From Thalia democratica (Eukaryota): a stretch of DNA of 64,000 bases. Shown piece by piece: positions 26,801 to 40,482 of this stretch. Below the pieces are notes generated by a model. That model was given only the letters and a program-made list of their open reading frames with translations, made no database searches and was not told where the DNA came from. The translations under genes and the position numbers were made by a program. Within the stretch, counting starts at the first letter, position 1, and each line of letters opens with the position of its first letter. The DNA lies in contig OZ241828.1 of NCBI GenBank assembly GCA_965202585.1, positions 24,056,001 through 24,120,000 on the forward strand, given 5' to 3'.

Positions 26801-28053
26801 ATAATATTTATCATTATAAATAGTCTGATGATGTCATAACTATTGTTTGATTTTTTACAATTAAACAATACTCATAAGTATTTTAGCTACAGAAACTAAC
26901 AAAATATCTTAGCTTTAAGTCGTTATTAACGCGGCTAACGAGATTTATTATTTTTTTACAGCTAAAACAAATAAAGACTAACTCTAGTTGTTCTATAACA
27001 ACATTTTGTAAACAATTACGTAAATTGGAATTACTTTGTTTGATTAAAATAAAACTAAACCAGTTAAATACAAAAAATCAAAATGATGCTAAATTTATTA
27101 TAAACCATATTGCATTAAAATGAAGTTTAAGCCATAACTTCAAAATTTTAATTAAATTTTAACATTATTTTCACAGTAATTTGTTGAAAACTATTTGCTG
27201 TTACAAAATAATTTTTAATAAATGCTGAGTTAGATTTTGAATGTTTTATGTTGAAAGACAATGTGCATTACGAAATAGTTTATACTATATAGCGATATAA
27301 GTTAAAAATTTGATTTGTTTAAACAATTTGCAAACTAAAAGATAAAACTTATTCTCGGAAAGTTTCACCGAGATAAGTTATGCAATATTAGTTAAAATGC
27401 GTTGTAATGTATTTAGCATTAGAAACTAAACTATACTTTTTTCAATAAAGGATAAAATGCGTTAAAAAAATATTTCGCGTTATAAATGTTTTACTGACGT
27501 CATAACTTTCACCACTCACGCTCAATTATTTGAAATGCATATAAATAGACTAAATTTTTAAAACATAAACATTTTCCAATAGTATGTCAAAAAACTAAAT
27601 TTTAAAGGTCGTTGATAATACGGCTAATATAGTGTGAAAATGTAAAAAAACCTACATGGTAACCATTGTGTTTTTATGCCGTACTAAAATATTTAATATT
27701 TAACAGTTTAACTAAATTGGTTAGTGGAATAATATTATATCAATAAAAATTTAACTAAATATTTGGTTGCTCTAACTATAAATAAAATACTAAAAGAAAT
27801 TAATCTCATATATGTTTTATATTAGCTTAGTTTCTTTATAATAATAAAACAATAATCTTTATCAACCAAGCAGCAAAGTTGTACAAATAAAAAAAAAAAA
27901 GCGACATTAAAGATGTCATAAAAAAACGTCTGCAGTGGACGGTAAACTGATTACTTAACCAAGTTTAGATGCGACATTGATATATTGTTTCAGATTATTT
28001 TATATACTTCTTTTTTTTTTTTTTAGTGATGTAGTTATTTTTTATTAACTGAA
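23880..28053 (+). repeat. Higher-order tandem array: two ~2.05-kb copies (23941-26016, 26017-28053), each a trimer of 0.62-0.79 kb family-2 monomers
   Basis: The two copies are near-identical over long stretches. CRE-like boxes are at 23989, 24783, 25454, 26075, 26829 and 27495, and AGTCG...CGGCT-type hairpins at 24116, 24872, 25565, 26189, 26918 and 27607. Confidence 0.92.
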
Positions 28054-28558
28054 TGTGTTTATAAAGTAGATTTATATTTAGCAACGGCTTTAAAAATTTG
28101 AAGTTTAAAATATGATCACATTTTGCTTCATAATGTTAATAATAACCACTATTATAATTTTTGTCATATATTTTGTGTTTATTTTATTCAAGTAAATTTT
28201 ATCATATTAGGTTACTAAGTAAAAGAACAGTACTTACTAAGGAGTTGAGGGAAAATAATTTTTCAGTACCATCATGAATTTAAACTTAAACTTTTTTTAT
28301 CGTTTAGTACTATTATAATTTGCTTGAATCAAATTTTAGTTTCAGCTTTATAGACTTTTTAAACTAAACAGTTTATATTAGTATTATAGTTAAAATTTTC
28401 CTGTTTGATACCAGAAGTGTTAAATAAGATATTTGAAAACCTGTGTAACCTGTAAAAAATACTTTAACATTATTTTTCAAACACTTTTTATACTTTTATT
28501 TAATATTAAACTATATAAATACTTTGCTCTTTTTGTATATTAAAACAAAAAAAAAGAT

Positions 28559-28670
28559 TTACGTATATTTTAATTTAGCGTAGTGTTTAGGATTATCATT
28601 AAAGTTAAAGTAGTACTTAACCATTTCCATTATGTTCATAACAATCTGGCAACTGTCTCTAGCAGACAGT
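28559..28670 (+). other. CRE-box/dyad motif-pair unit, family 1
   Basis: TTACGTAT at 28559; ttagcgta box; perfect dyad ACTGTCT-ctagc-AGACAGT at 28652-28670 (90 nt). Confidence 0.75.
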
Positions 28671-28893
28671 GAAATAGTTAGCTCTAAACATTTGTTTAAT
28701 AAGTAATTATTTTGAGTAAAATGTTATTTGCACAAGCTATACTCTATTATCTTTTTTTTTTATTGGAAATTGCTAGCAACAACGAAAAGAAATTAAGTAA
28801 GAAAAACTTAAATATTTAATGATAAAAAAAACATATCTGTTTTTTGATTAAATTTAACTTTGTTTTTTGATATACAGTTATGAATATATTTTT

Positions 28894-29001
28894 AAGCAGT
28901 TTGCAGTGCCTTTAAAAATTTGTTTAGAAAAGGAAAAATAGTACATTCGTATCTATACTCACTGTTGACTAACTTTTGTGTGTAAAACGCTTGTGACGTC
29001 A
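28894..29001 (-). other. CRE-box/dyad motif-pair unit, family 3
   Basis: TGACGTCA at 28994-29001; minus-strand cacaaaagttagt box; AGGCAC-tgcaaa-CTGCTT (90 nt). Confidence 0.8.
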
Positions 29002-29451
29002 GTAAGCATGTTAAAATACATTTACTATTAGTTAAGAACTGTGATTTGTATTACTAGGAAAAAATATAAACTGTGCTATTAACAAACTTGACTAGTTTTA
29101 AACAATAGTAATCTAACTTTAATTTATTTGATGATGTAAACAAAACAAATGTTATTAACAAACTTTAGATGTCGAATGATAAATTTGTTTAAATAGTTTT
29201 GAAGCAAAATTTTATAAATGCTTATGAAACACTTTTAAATGACATAAAACTCATGTCACTTTTATCAATAAATTTTTATCAAAAGTATTAAAAATATTTT
29301 CAAACTATATCGGAATTTCACTTTGCCAGTACTTATCATTCTAACAATCTTATTAAGAGAAAAGTTTAGAATTCTTATAACTTTTAAATTAGGTTTATAT
29401 GGTTAAAAACAGAATTAAAAAGTTTTAAATTTTTAAAAATAAAACTATTTT

Positions 29452-29563
29452 ACAGTCTAATGGAGAAAGTTACAAACTTCGCAATAGAAATTCCCTCAAA
29501 CATGCGTAAAGGTAGTTTATTGATGTTTTATGCTAGTTTCTACAAATTTATACTATGACGTAA
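29452..29563 (-). other. CRE-box/dyad motif-pair unit, family 1
   Basis: Minus strand: TTACGTCA; gtagaaactagc box; GTAACTTTCT-ccatt-AGACTGTAA (90 nt). Confidence 0.8.
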
Positions 29564-31893
29564 AATTTTACATCTTATAAAAAGTTTAATTAAAATTTAT
29601 AAATATCTAAATATATAACTGAAGTTCTAGGTCATCACTAAATAGTAATAGTTCACTTAATTTAATCTTATCAGGCTTTGATTGTTAGCAAGTACGTTTT
29701 TTAATATCAAAAAGTGCCTCCATATAACTAAAGCAAAACCGATGTTAAAAATCACCATAAACAAAATAAAAGCAATTACTAGTGGATATTTTTAAGAGTC
29801 TCTTACTATAATGCTAGTAGATTATGGCTAAAGCTTTGTTATTTTGTTTAATAATATCTTTTTTAAGTTTGAATAAAATATTATATTTTCCATCTAAAAA
29901 CATAAATAAGTTAAACTTAACTTAAATATTGAGGTTAACTGAATTATGAAGTAGTCAAAAGCTCAAGGTTTAAAAATGTGTTAGTGTAATTTAATATACG
30001 ATTTATCCATTCGTATGTTTTGTTATCGTTGACTATAAATAAAACCTTTTATTACCTTCAATGGAATTCTTAAGTATACTTGTTTTAAACTCGTATTTAA
30101 AATTATTTTAAGTTTATAAAAATGTAATGCTGTTACTACTAGTCAAAATTCACTATCTTTTAGTCAAGCGCGGTAATCTATAGAAGTAGCGGAAAAAACA
30201 TGCTGAACTGGCTACAAACAAATATAATTCAACCTTACTTTTTGTATAAATAGAGAGTTGTGAATAAATAAAGTGTGATTGACTTAATTTAGTAAATGGA
30301 AACGAAAAATTAGTAAAACTATCTTTTAACGTTTAAAATAATGTTCCTTATAATGTCAATGTTTCTAATAAAAAAGATATAATCATACTTCACTAGTTAT
30401 CAAAGTATGATTATATGTAACATTAAAGCAATTGCTGGTAAAAACTATACATATTCAAGTATACTTAAATCTGAAAAAAATACTTAAATCTAAAAATATA
30501 AAAAAACATATTGTAAACTGTAATTCTATTCTTTTAAATTAAATCAAAAAAAACTTTTGAATTTAAATACTTTTTTCTGAATACATATTTTACCCAGTGT
30601 AAAAGAAACTATTAATTTTTCTAATAATTGACATTATGTAAAAGAGCTAGGAAATTATAAAGAGTCAAAAATATGTTTTATTCAAAATAAGTTTTAAAAT
30701 GTTTATGACAGTCAAACTCATAAACTATTTCTAGATTTTCGTGTTACTTAACATATGATAAAATTAAAGTTATTTTTCATAAAACAAATGCTAAAAGTAT
30801 GTTTTTAAAGTAAGATAATACAGTTTACATAAATAATCAATATATAAGCTTGAAATTTTTTTAGATGCTTCTCTATTTTATGAAAAACATGCGCTCTAAC
30901 TTGTATAGTAGATGCCCCAAGATAACGCTTAAATTATAGTTGACTTAAATAAACTAATATGACTTACTTACTATTTACTAAAGGTTTAATAAATCAGTTA
31001 CTTATACTAATTTAAACTTTGTTCGAATCTGTGATAATGATTATATTTACAATGAATTTGCGAAACGAAAAGATGATAAAATACTGCACAACATTACACT
31101 AATAAATCAAATTATCAATTCTTTTAAAGACGACAATACTGCATTCAAAGAAACTAAAAACCAAATGTTTAAACCAAACTCAAAAAGTGTTCTAAAATCG
31201 AAATCAACTCGACAACAAGATTGAAATCATTAAAACTTAAGTGCAGCGAAAAGCTGCACTGACTTCAGTCTGCTGCAACGCAGTAGAAACTAAAAGTCCA
31301 AATTACGCGCGATATTCTTAATTTATACTCGCTTAAGAGAAAAGAAGAAAATAAAAAAGAGACAATTACCGCGTAAGCGGCACAAGCCAGAGGAATATTA
31401 TAATTTTAAAAAATTTTAAAAAAGATTAATTTACTTCTTTTTCATTAATTTTCTGTTATATAAATAAGTTTAAAGTATTTGTTAAACATTATAGTGGTAA
31501 ATTTACATATTTATTAAAAAATTAGTTTTAGTTTATATTTTGTTTTAACAAATCCTTTTTAAACTCAATTACTATTCTGCGATATAATATCATAACAATA
31601 AAAAACTAGTTATGTAACTTTGTTACTTAAACTTTACAGAAAATAGTTAAAAGTAAAATGATTGCTTAGTTAAAATATTTTCTCGTAAATTCTTATTAAA
31701 AACTGAACACAAAATTTCTTTCTTGTTGAAGTTTTTTTATCAACTAGTTACCATTACATAGTTAAAAAAGGTGTATAGAATTGATTTATTTTAAATGCCT
31801 AAACTTATATTAATCAGTAAAGTACAATTTGGTTAACACTTTTCAAATTTGGTACTTATAAAAAAAAATCTAATATTTCGAAGTAATTGATTT

Positions 31894-32028
31894 ACTTTCT
31901 GCTTTAGACAGCTACAAACTTTGGTAGCGTCAAACATCCCAAATAAAGAATATCTTATTTATTTATCACTTATATTTATTTTATCAGTATTTTTTAGGTA
32001 GTTTTTGTTAGTTTACATTATTACGTTA
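31894..32028 (-). other. CRE-box/dyad motif-pair unit, family 1
   Basis: Minus strand: TAACGTAA; taacaaaaactacc box; GTAGCTGTCT-aaagc-AGAAAGTAA (113 nt). Confidence 0.8.
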
Positions 32029-32760
32029 CATATTTTAATTTGATTAAAATTGTATTATAAACTTTTCTGATTGATTAGAAGTTTTAACTGTTTGGTACAA
32101 CTTTAAAATTTTTAATTTTAACGGGTTTAATGGGAACGTCAAGTGTCTTTGTTTAATCATTTTTCTATAATATTTAAAAGGTACTAACAACTTCCTTTAA
32201 ACACATTGTGCTTTTTTTACTTTACAAAAAAAGTTGTTAAAATAAACAAACAGTTAATTCTTTAGTAAACACTAATTTATGAATTAACAAAAATATAAAA
32301 ACTTTTTAGCTGTTTTATTAATAAAAAAAGTTTAATCCAAAACACTTAATTGAAATTAAAGTACTATTTTAGACTACAAAAACATAGTAAAATAAGTATC
32401 TAGTTAGATAAATTTTCCTTGCAAACAAATAAGAATTTTTGTTATGTTGATATCATTTATTTGTAATAAAGTATGCCTTATTTCTTTGTCAATCTCATTA
32501 TCTTAAAAATATATTAAATACAAATAATTAAAAATAGTTTTCGGTGAGTATACAATATTTTATATAAAACTATGGTACAAACAATCTTGAGTGTAAACTA
32601 ATTATGTAACCAAATTTGAAATTTAACCGATTCTAAAAAAATATATTAGTTCTCGCTAAAAATTATAAAGTTTGTGTTATATATCTAAGAACTTCAATAT
32701 AAAGAACACTTAAAATCTGAACACAAATTTAAATAGATTAATTCCAAAACTTAGTAATTT

Positions 32761-32880
32761 ACTGTCTACATAAGACAGCTACAAACTTCAAATTTTAGCT
32801 CAATGAAACATTAAAAAGGTCTAATTTAATTTATTATGTAATTTTCAAACTAGCTTTTGTCAGTTTAGATTATGACGTGT
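32761..32880 (-). other. CRE-box/dyad motif-pair unit, family 1
   Basis: Minus strand: ACACGTCA; gacaaaagctagt box; GTAGCTGTCT-tatgt-AGACAGT (98 nt). Confidence 0.85.
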
Positions 32881-34526
32881 AGTAACTTTACTTTTATAAA
32901 CGATTTAGGGTAGCTTTATAAACCTAAAATTAGTTTACGTATACTAAACTGAACTTTTCTTCTTACTTAAAATAATAAAACACCTTATTATTAATACTAT
33001 TTGTTTGTTTAAGGTGGATGGGTATGGGTTGAAGTTAAAGTAAAATGTATAACAAGTTATATGAAACTTAAATGATGTTTTAATATACGCAAACCAACTG
33101 CTGGTTTTACAAGCTGCCCTATTTAAATAAAACTATTAAGATTGACACCAAATGCTACTAATTAGTTTAAAATTAATTTCGCTTCATCTAGTTAACAAGC
33201 AGTAGTTTTAATAAGAAATAAAAAATAAGAAACTTAAACAGTTTGTAGACATTTAGTTTTATATGAGTTTAATAAAAAGCTTGTCAAAATATTTTATTTT
33301 CTCAAAACAAAAAGATTTTTTAAAGTAAAACGCACACACAAACTAAACGTACTGAATGATGAATTTATAAAACTACAAGATACATAAATCATTTCTAGAA
33401 GTCTTATCAGTTTGATTTAATTTTAAGCGAGGAATTGTAACTATTTAATGTTAGTTAAAAATGTTGGATGTGTTTATGTCATACATTTTTCTTACTTTAC
33501 TAAAACCATAAACTTAAAGTACTACAAAGTTTTTGATAAACTTTCTTAAAAACAGTTTGATTAAAAAGAATAAAGCAATTTTGAGGAATAACTTAATAGA
33601 AGTGAATTTCTTATATTCAAGGAATAGCTGTCTGTTCAAGAAAGTTATAAACTCAATAGAATATGTGCTACTATTATTAATAGCAAATATTATATTGCTT
33701 TTTTTATAAATTTAAGTGACATGTCTAAGCGATAACTTTATAAAATATATGAACTTTACTAGCTGTTATTGTTGCTACTTTCATGTAAAAAAAATTCTTT
33801 AAAAAAGAAACAACTGATGCGTCAGTTTAATTTATACTAAAAAATTAGTATTTAAATAGTTAAACTTAAATTATCTAAAGTATAAGCAAGTTTTTGGAAC
33901 TGTTTTAATTGCAAGTAGTTTATTTACTGTTTGCTGTATACAGCTGCATACTTTTATAGAATAATACAGTTTAATAAGCAGTTAAAAATGAGTTAAAGTT
34001 CCTTCTCAGCAAATCAATGTTACGTTAACAAAGTAAAACAGAAGAAAAGTTATTTAAACTAGAACAGCTTAGATACAGCCTGAAATTAACGAATGAAATA
34101 CAATTTTTAATTTAAATATAACTTTCCTAGTTGCATAAAGCTTTTACAACGGTGATATTTATACTAGGCTGTATTTGTAAACCTGAATCATAACAATTTA
34201 TTTAAATTTAGAAGTTTATAAGCTTTTATTATTGCTAGTTCATATTTAAAACTACGTAAGGTAATAAAAGTATGGTAACAAGGTAACATGTCCTTGAAAA
34301 TACATTAAAAGGCATCTGTGGTATGCAACTCGATAAATAAAACGTTTTTTCGTGTAAAAGGTTCTAGGATCAAGCAATAGAGTCTTTTCGTTTGTCGTTC
34401 AATAAAGTATAGTAACAAACAATTAACACATAAAATTTATACTCCTAAATAAACTAGCATATAAAAAACATATAAACCGTAATGTCTATAAAATGAGAAA
34501 AAGTTTAGATAAAGGTTAAGAGAGCT

Positions 34527-34644
34527 ACTGTCTGCTGGAGACCGTTAAAAACTTTAACTTTTAAAACACTTAAATTTAGTAAAAAGCTTTTTCAATTTAA
34601 AAATTATTTTAAGCTAGTTTTTGTTTATTAACATTTTAACGTCA
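34527..34644 (-). other. CRE-box/dyad motif-pair unit, family 1
   Basis: Minus strand: TGACGTTA; aaacaaaaactagc box; TTAACGGTCT-ccagc-AGACAGTA (96 nt). Confidence 0.85.
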
Positions 34645-37589
34645 TAAATATTTGTTCAAATTATTATCTGCCATAACTATTTTAGATTTCTACCGGATGT
34701 AATAAATATACTTTGAATATATTATGCTTTCTTATATCATATAAGAGATGTTTATAAACTAATAAACTTTTATTACAAATCAACAATAAACTATAATTTT
34801 GCAGTTAATACAATTTTTATCATTTATTATATAGATTGTAACAGAAAGTTACAATTAAAGTGAAGCAATCTACTTACTTAATTATAGTTCCTAATGACTT
34901 CTTTAAAAAAGTGAATTCTACAGAATCTCTAAACCAAAATTGTAGACAAACCAAAATTGCAATCATAATACTTTATTAAACTGAAAACCAAGAAATTTAA
35001 AAAGAAATTATTTAAACACCACAAAATATTTTCATTGATTTTTAGATTTAAAAGTTTTAAAGGAAGACGCAAAATTAAATTAATTTAGAAAAAAAAACCT
35101 AACTAAGTTGGTATTAATAACAAAATAAAAAAAAATAAATCACTAAAACAAAGAAAACTCTAAAATATGGTTGTTTCGTTTTTTAAGGTCTAAGAAACTA
35201 TTGCACAGTTTATGGTAATTTATCAAATCGTAAATGATTGATTTTTTCAAGGATGCAACCAACAATATACCTTTTTATAAACCATAGACAGACCTCTTTT
35301 AATTCGTGTATATACTAGTTGGTTTTAAAGATACCACGCCAGGTAAACGTTTTAGGCAAACTCTTTTATTTGTAATCTATGTATACTCTACTGGAGACAG
35401 CTACTGGAGCTGTTTTTGTAAAATTCCTAACCATGTTTATAACTGTAATAGTTTTTTAAGAGTAGAGATTAAAATTTTAGATTCAAACAATTATAATTTT
35501 TTTTTAAAGCAAAAACATAACTTTTTTTGATATGCATTTAGTTTAAAAAAACTTTATACAGATACCACTTAAATTTGATTTTTTTTAATTACTTTCTGAA
35601 AATTTAAATATTTTTTTAATTAGTGCAGTAGCACAAATATTTTATTTAATAACAGCTAGATTTAATAAAACTTTTAGATTTAAACAACATGAAGTATGTA
35701 AAAAAGTTGCTGTATAAAAAAAAGTTAATATATAATTGAAGTTATAAAATAAAAATGGGTCTCTAATATAGATTAAATAAGAATTTTATTTATATAGCTT
35801 TTGTTTTTGTTTTGTTTTCAAAAATAAATTTTTGATTAAACAGTTAAATCTATTTTACAGTATTAATAAATTTAACATTAAAACTTTCTTCAGAAAAGTA
35901 TCCTTTTATTTTAAACTTTTAACAAACATAGTTTATATTTCTAATAGATGTTAATTTTTTGAAGTTAAACGAAGAAAGTTAAATAACACAATAAATTAAT
36001 TTAATGTCTGCTCGAGGCGATTTAAGTGTCTAGTGAAGCTGAGGCAATTTCAAAACATTACTTTGTATTGTAAAGTATATCTCAGCTAATGTTTCAGAAT
36101 TTAAATCACGACGTCCAAATTCTTCATGATGATTGATTTTTTATCGTAGCACTTTTCCATATGATATTCTATATATTAGTATATAATAATGTAGTGTAAT
36201 AATACATTTTAGTAATTGATAAACCGTCACTTTTAAAATTAGATACAAACATTTCTTTTAACAAAAAACAAAATTCAATTGACTATTAATTTAAAGTAAT
36301 AAACAAAACATAAATAAATTACAACTAAAGTTTAATTACTACTATAACTTTTTTTATTTCTACACAACTCATGTAAAAATGAAATAGAATGTTAGTGCCT
36401 TCGAGTTAATTTTTTTTCTAAAAACAATTGTGAAAAAAAAAATCAGTATTATTTGAGACTGAAACTGCATGGTTAATTATAAGTTACTACTAGAGCTGCG
36501 TTATTAAATTTTTATCTTTATTTGGTTTGATAACATATATTACTAATATAACTGACCTGCGACTTTTAAACGGGCTGCTGACCCGATTTTTGATAGAAAA
36601 TTTAATTTACAAATAAGAGTAAAAATATATTTTTTTACTTTTCTGTACTTATAACTAACTTAGCACACTTGATAGTAAATTTTAAACTTAAAGATTTAAT
36701 AAAATGAACTAAATTATTATGATAATGGTATTAAAATAACTTTCTTTTACTTTTAAAAATAATAAAAGAGGTTTAATAATATTATATAAAAAACTTAATA
36801 ACTTTAATCAATCATAAATAAAAGTAATGATTTAATAATTAAATTTTAAGTTTCAAAAAACTATTTGAATAAAAAAATACATTCTTCAATTAATTTTAAG
36901 TAGTGATACCTTATTACTAACAAACAAACACTAAACTTATTTTAGAACTACTTTTTTTAAAACTGATAGTTTAATATAAAATTCATAACTAAACTCAGAT
37001 TAAAATATTCTATTAAGTTATGATCAGCCCTGTAATAACTTATAATCTAACGTATAACTAAAACAATTATAAATATTCTATAACTCTGTATCAATATAAA
37101 AATAACAAAATAAATTAAATATAACTTATTAGAAAAACTAGATTATAATAATCCTTTGATCTTGAAATTAATTAGCATTTTAATTAATAAATTAATTGAG
37201 TAGTTTTATTAAGTTTATTAATTTAAAAAAGCTATTGTTTTATTCCAAATGTATGTAGTATATTTTGAAGAGTTGTAGTGAAAATATATTAAAACAGTTA
37301 AGGACATCATTGAATGTTTATTTCTATAGGTAAAAAAAACTATAGCAGGCTTATGTTTGTGATAATAAAAAAAGACTGGAAAAAAATAAATACTTATAAT
37401 TAAAAAAAAATTACTACCCGAGGGTTAGGGGTAACAGTAATATTGAAAATTTAAAAAAAAGTATTAAAAATATTTTTATTCGTGCAAAAGTGTCTTTTAA
37501 ATATAAAATAATTTATTTCAACCTGTTTCGAACTATAATAAAATGTATTATAGATTAAGTTTTACCAACATTAGTTATGCAAGACAATT

Positions 37590-38590
37590 TAAAATGAGTT
37601 ATAGAAAATTTTGCATTACAACTTAAGTTACATTACAAAACTATTTGCAACACAAAATAAAATGCCTTTTAAAATAATTCGCACTATAAAATTTTTACTG
37701 ACGACATAATCCTCACCACAAACGCTCAGTTATTTGCAATGAATTTATTAGAATGACTTTTGTAAGCGCATAGTATTGTTTAAGCTTTAATTTCTATTAA
37801 ATTTTTAAGTCGTGCATAATGTGGCTAATAAAGACTCATAATTTAAAATAATCCTAAATGATATCCGTCTTATTTTATCCGTAAAATTAAATTATTCAAT
37901 AATCAATTGAACTGAATTGGTTGGTAAAATACCTTGATATTAATTAAAAATGTTACTCTTTTTTTTGTTGTTTTTGTTGATCTAATTACTAACACAAAAT
38001 AATGACTGAGAAGCCAATTATTTCTTATAAATATTTAATGCTTTCCCAATTATTTTGTTATTTCTACCACAAAACGCAGCTTCTTTCAGATCAATTAAAC
38101 AGCGCATTTTCGCATTATAGATAGAAACGAGCGATGTTAATAAAGGAAAAATCAAAGTTATCTAAATTATTTCTGTATTTGTTAAACAGTATAAAATGAA
38201 CTTAAAAAGCAACTAAGTAATAGTAAATAATATTATTTTCAATTTATCTTAGTAGTTTTACGACACTAAACTTTAAAAAAATCTAAATAACTAAGTTTAT
38301 ATACAGGCATTTCACTTAATTTATGAATTTAAAATGCAGTTTGTAATGAAAAATAAATTGCAATGTAAAACAACTTGCATTGTAAATGAAATTACAATTT
38401 AAACTATATTACAATATAAACTAAAATATGCTAAAAGTATTTAGCATTACGAACCGAATAATAATTGCATAACTATCATTTGATTGTTTGCAATTTAACA
38501 ATACTCATAAGTATATTATCTAAAATAATGCATACTTGTAACCTAGCAAAATATCTTAATTAAAGTCGTAAATAAGACTGCTAACCATTT
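37590..38590 (+). repeat. Diverged family-2 copy (monomer A plus head of monomer B)
   Basis: Colinear with 23900-24890. TGACGACA at 37699, hairpin AGTCGT-gcataat-GTGGCT at 37808, second hairpin AGTC-gtaaataa-GACT at 38564. Confidence 0.85.
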
Positions 38591-38599
38591 TTTTACAGC

Positions 38600-39322
38600 T
38601 AATCTGCATTTATTTAACAAGGTACAAGAAGAAATATCCTGAACAATGCATGCGACAGGATATCTACGAGGTGTCTGAATGGGCCTGAAATTATAAATTA
38701 AAGTTTAATTTAAATCTTTATCTAAAAACAAAAGTAATTTTCAAGATCTTAACGCTACCTGCAACATTATTGTTCTGCTGTGGATTAATAATTGTTCTGC
38801 TTATATGTTTTTCATTTGAAAGATCTTCTTCTTCATCTGAATGCTCATCCACCAAGTTTAACCTCGTGCGAGGTCTAAGTTGTCTTCGTAGATGACCTGA
38901 TAACATACTTATTTTTTTTTTAAAAATTAATTAAAAACTAAACTTTATTTTATAAAGCTTTCATTGAAGTTAATTTTTGTAAATAAACTTATTGTGCAAG
39001 TTTTTATCTTTTAATTTAGAAACTATTAATCTTATTCATTTAATCAATGTTAATTTAAAAGAATCGGAATTAAATTGCTAAAATTACATTAAAATTAATT
39101 CGCAAAGCTCCCTTGACCTAAAAGACCTACGAAGCTCCTGCACATTTTCATTGATCTCACTCAACCATTCATTTGCATAATTCCTTTATCTATAGATTCA
39201 GCTCTTCTTTCAAGGCGCATTTGCTCGAACTCATGATTGACGAACTCTTCATTCTAGTTGGGATTATCTTCAAAGTTCTCAACAGGATCGTCCCACTCTA
39301 TAATGTGAGTGTTTTGGCTCAT
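38600..39322 (-). pseudogene. Pseudogene paralog of the 42793-43742 gene
   Basis: ATG at 39322; TGG to TAG stop at codon 23; later indels in exon 1. Exon 2 (38759-38896, 138 nt) is still open with intact AG/GT. Exon 3 (from 38684) has a 1-nt deletion and an internal deletion. Confidence 0.88.
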
Positions 39323-40355
39323 GATCAACAGGATTTAATTTATTTTGTTTTGTAAAAGTTAAGTTTTAAAACCTAAAAATATTGGTAAATTATTAAAACT
39401 TAAAGTTAACATAAATCTAATGTTATGTTTAACAAAATATTTTAAAAAGTTGAATGACTCAGAGTTACTAGAAAGCTTTTCGTTTAGATATTTTCTTTTT
39501 AGAATTTTTAGGTCAAAGTATTTAGCCCCCCTTGCTATAATGATCCATTAACTAACTAACTTAGAATGAATTTACTTAAAGTTTGTTGAAGTTATTTTAG
39601 TTGGTAAAGTTTCGTAGATCCTAATTTAGGAAACCATTATTACCTCTATCTTTTTTTATAATTTAACAGATCAATTTTGAGCCATTACGTTCAGTTCAAC
39701 ATTCAACTAATAAAAATTACTTACACTGCGCACACACAAGGAGGTTGCAACTATTTACTTCACAAAAATTAGATTTTTATTTCTTGGTGCAGAACATAAA
39801 TTTTAAATAAAGTAATCTTATTCATTGCTGTTATAGCTAGCTTCTAATTTCAGAAACCAATAAAGTTAGAAATTTTAATGGTTCATATTTCGAAAATAAG
39901 CTTATTATATATACCTATAATAAAAAACTTATAGCACGGTTAAAATTCTATAAAATAAAGCTTTTTTTTTTAAATTGTGTGTTGTCTGTTTATGTGATTT
40001 ATCACCTATAAAAAAAAGTAAGCGAATTTCTAAAATCGGGAGAACAGATGCAGCCTATATTTTTGTTTTCACAGCACAATTACTCTATTAATTAAACATA
40101 TAAAATAATATTTACAAATCTTGACAAAACTACATACTTTAAAACAGAACAACTTACTTAATCAAATTGTCTCTAAAACAACTGCAGTTTTTTATGTATA
40201 TATTTCTATATCTTAAAGAAGAAGTTTGAACTTTAATCGTAAACTTAATTTACTAATTAAGATTCAAATTTGTATTTTTTAAAAGATAATTAATTTATCT
40301 TAAACTCCTAGCCATAAATAAGATTTAACATCTTTCATCACTTAAACTTCAAGCA

Positions 40356-40482
40356 ACTTGATACTTTTAACAGCTGCAGAGAAATTTTACTTAATCGTGT
40401 TAGTCTTAAACTAATTAAGTAAGTAATAATGAAAAAAAAAATATATCTAATACCAGGAGAGTCTTATTGTAATGTGACGTAG
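40356..40482 (-). other. Family-1 unit at the inner end of the left inverted-repeat arm
   Basis: Minus strand: CTACGTCA; acaataagact box; GCAGCTGTTA-aaagt-ATCAAGT (105 nt). Confidence 0.6.

Noticed and set aside
23880-28053. Repeat-spacer periodicity considered as a CRISPR-like array
   Set aside because: The context is eukaryotic, monomers are 0.6-0.8 kb with homologous rather than unique spacers, and there are no cas-like ORFs.
37424-37432. ttagggg as a telomere-like repeat
   Set aside because: It is a single occurrence with no array.
39173-39355. ORF 39173-39355 (+) and ORF 42729-43106 (-)
   Set aside because: They are antisense shadows of exon 1 of the pseudogene and of the intact gene.
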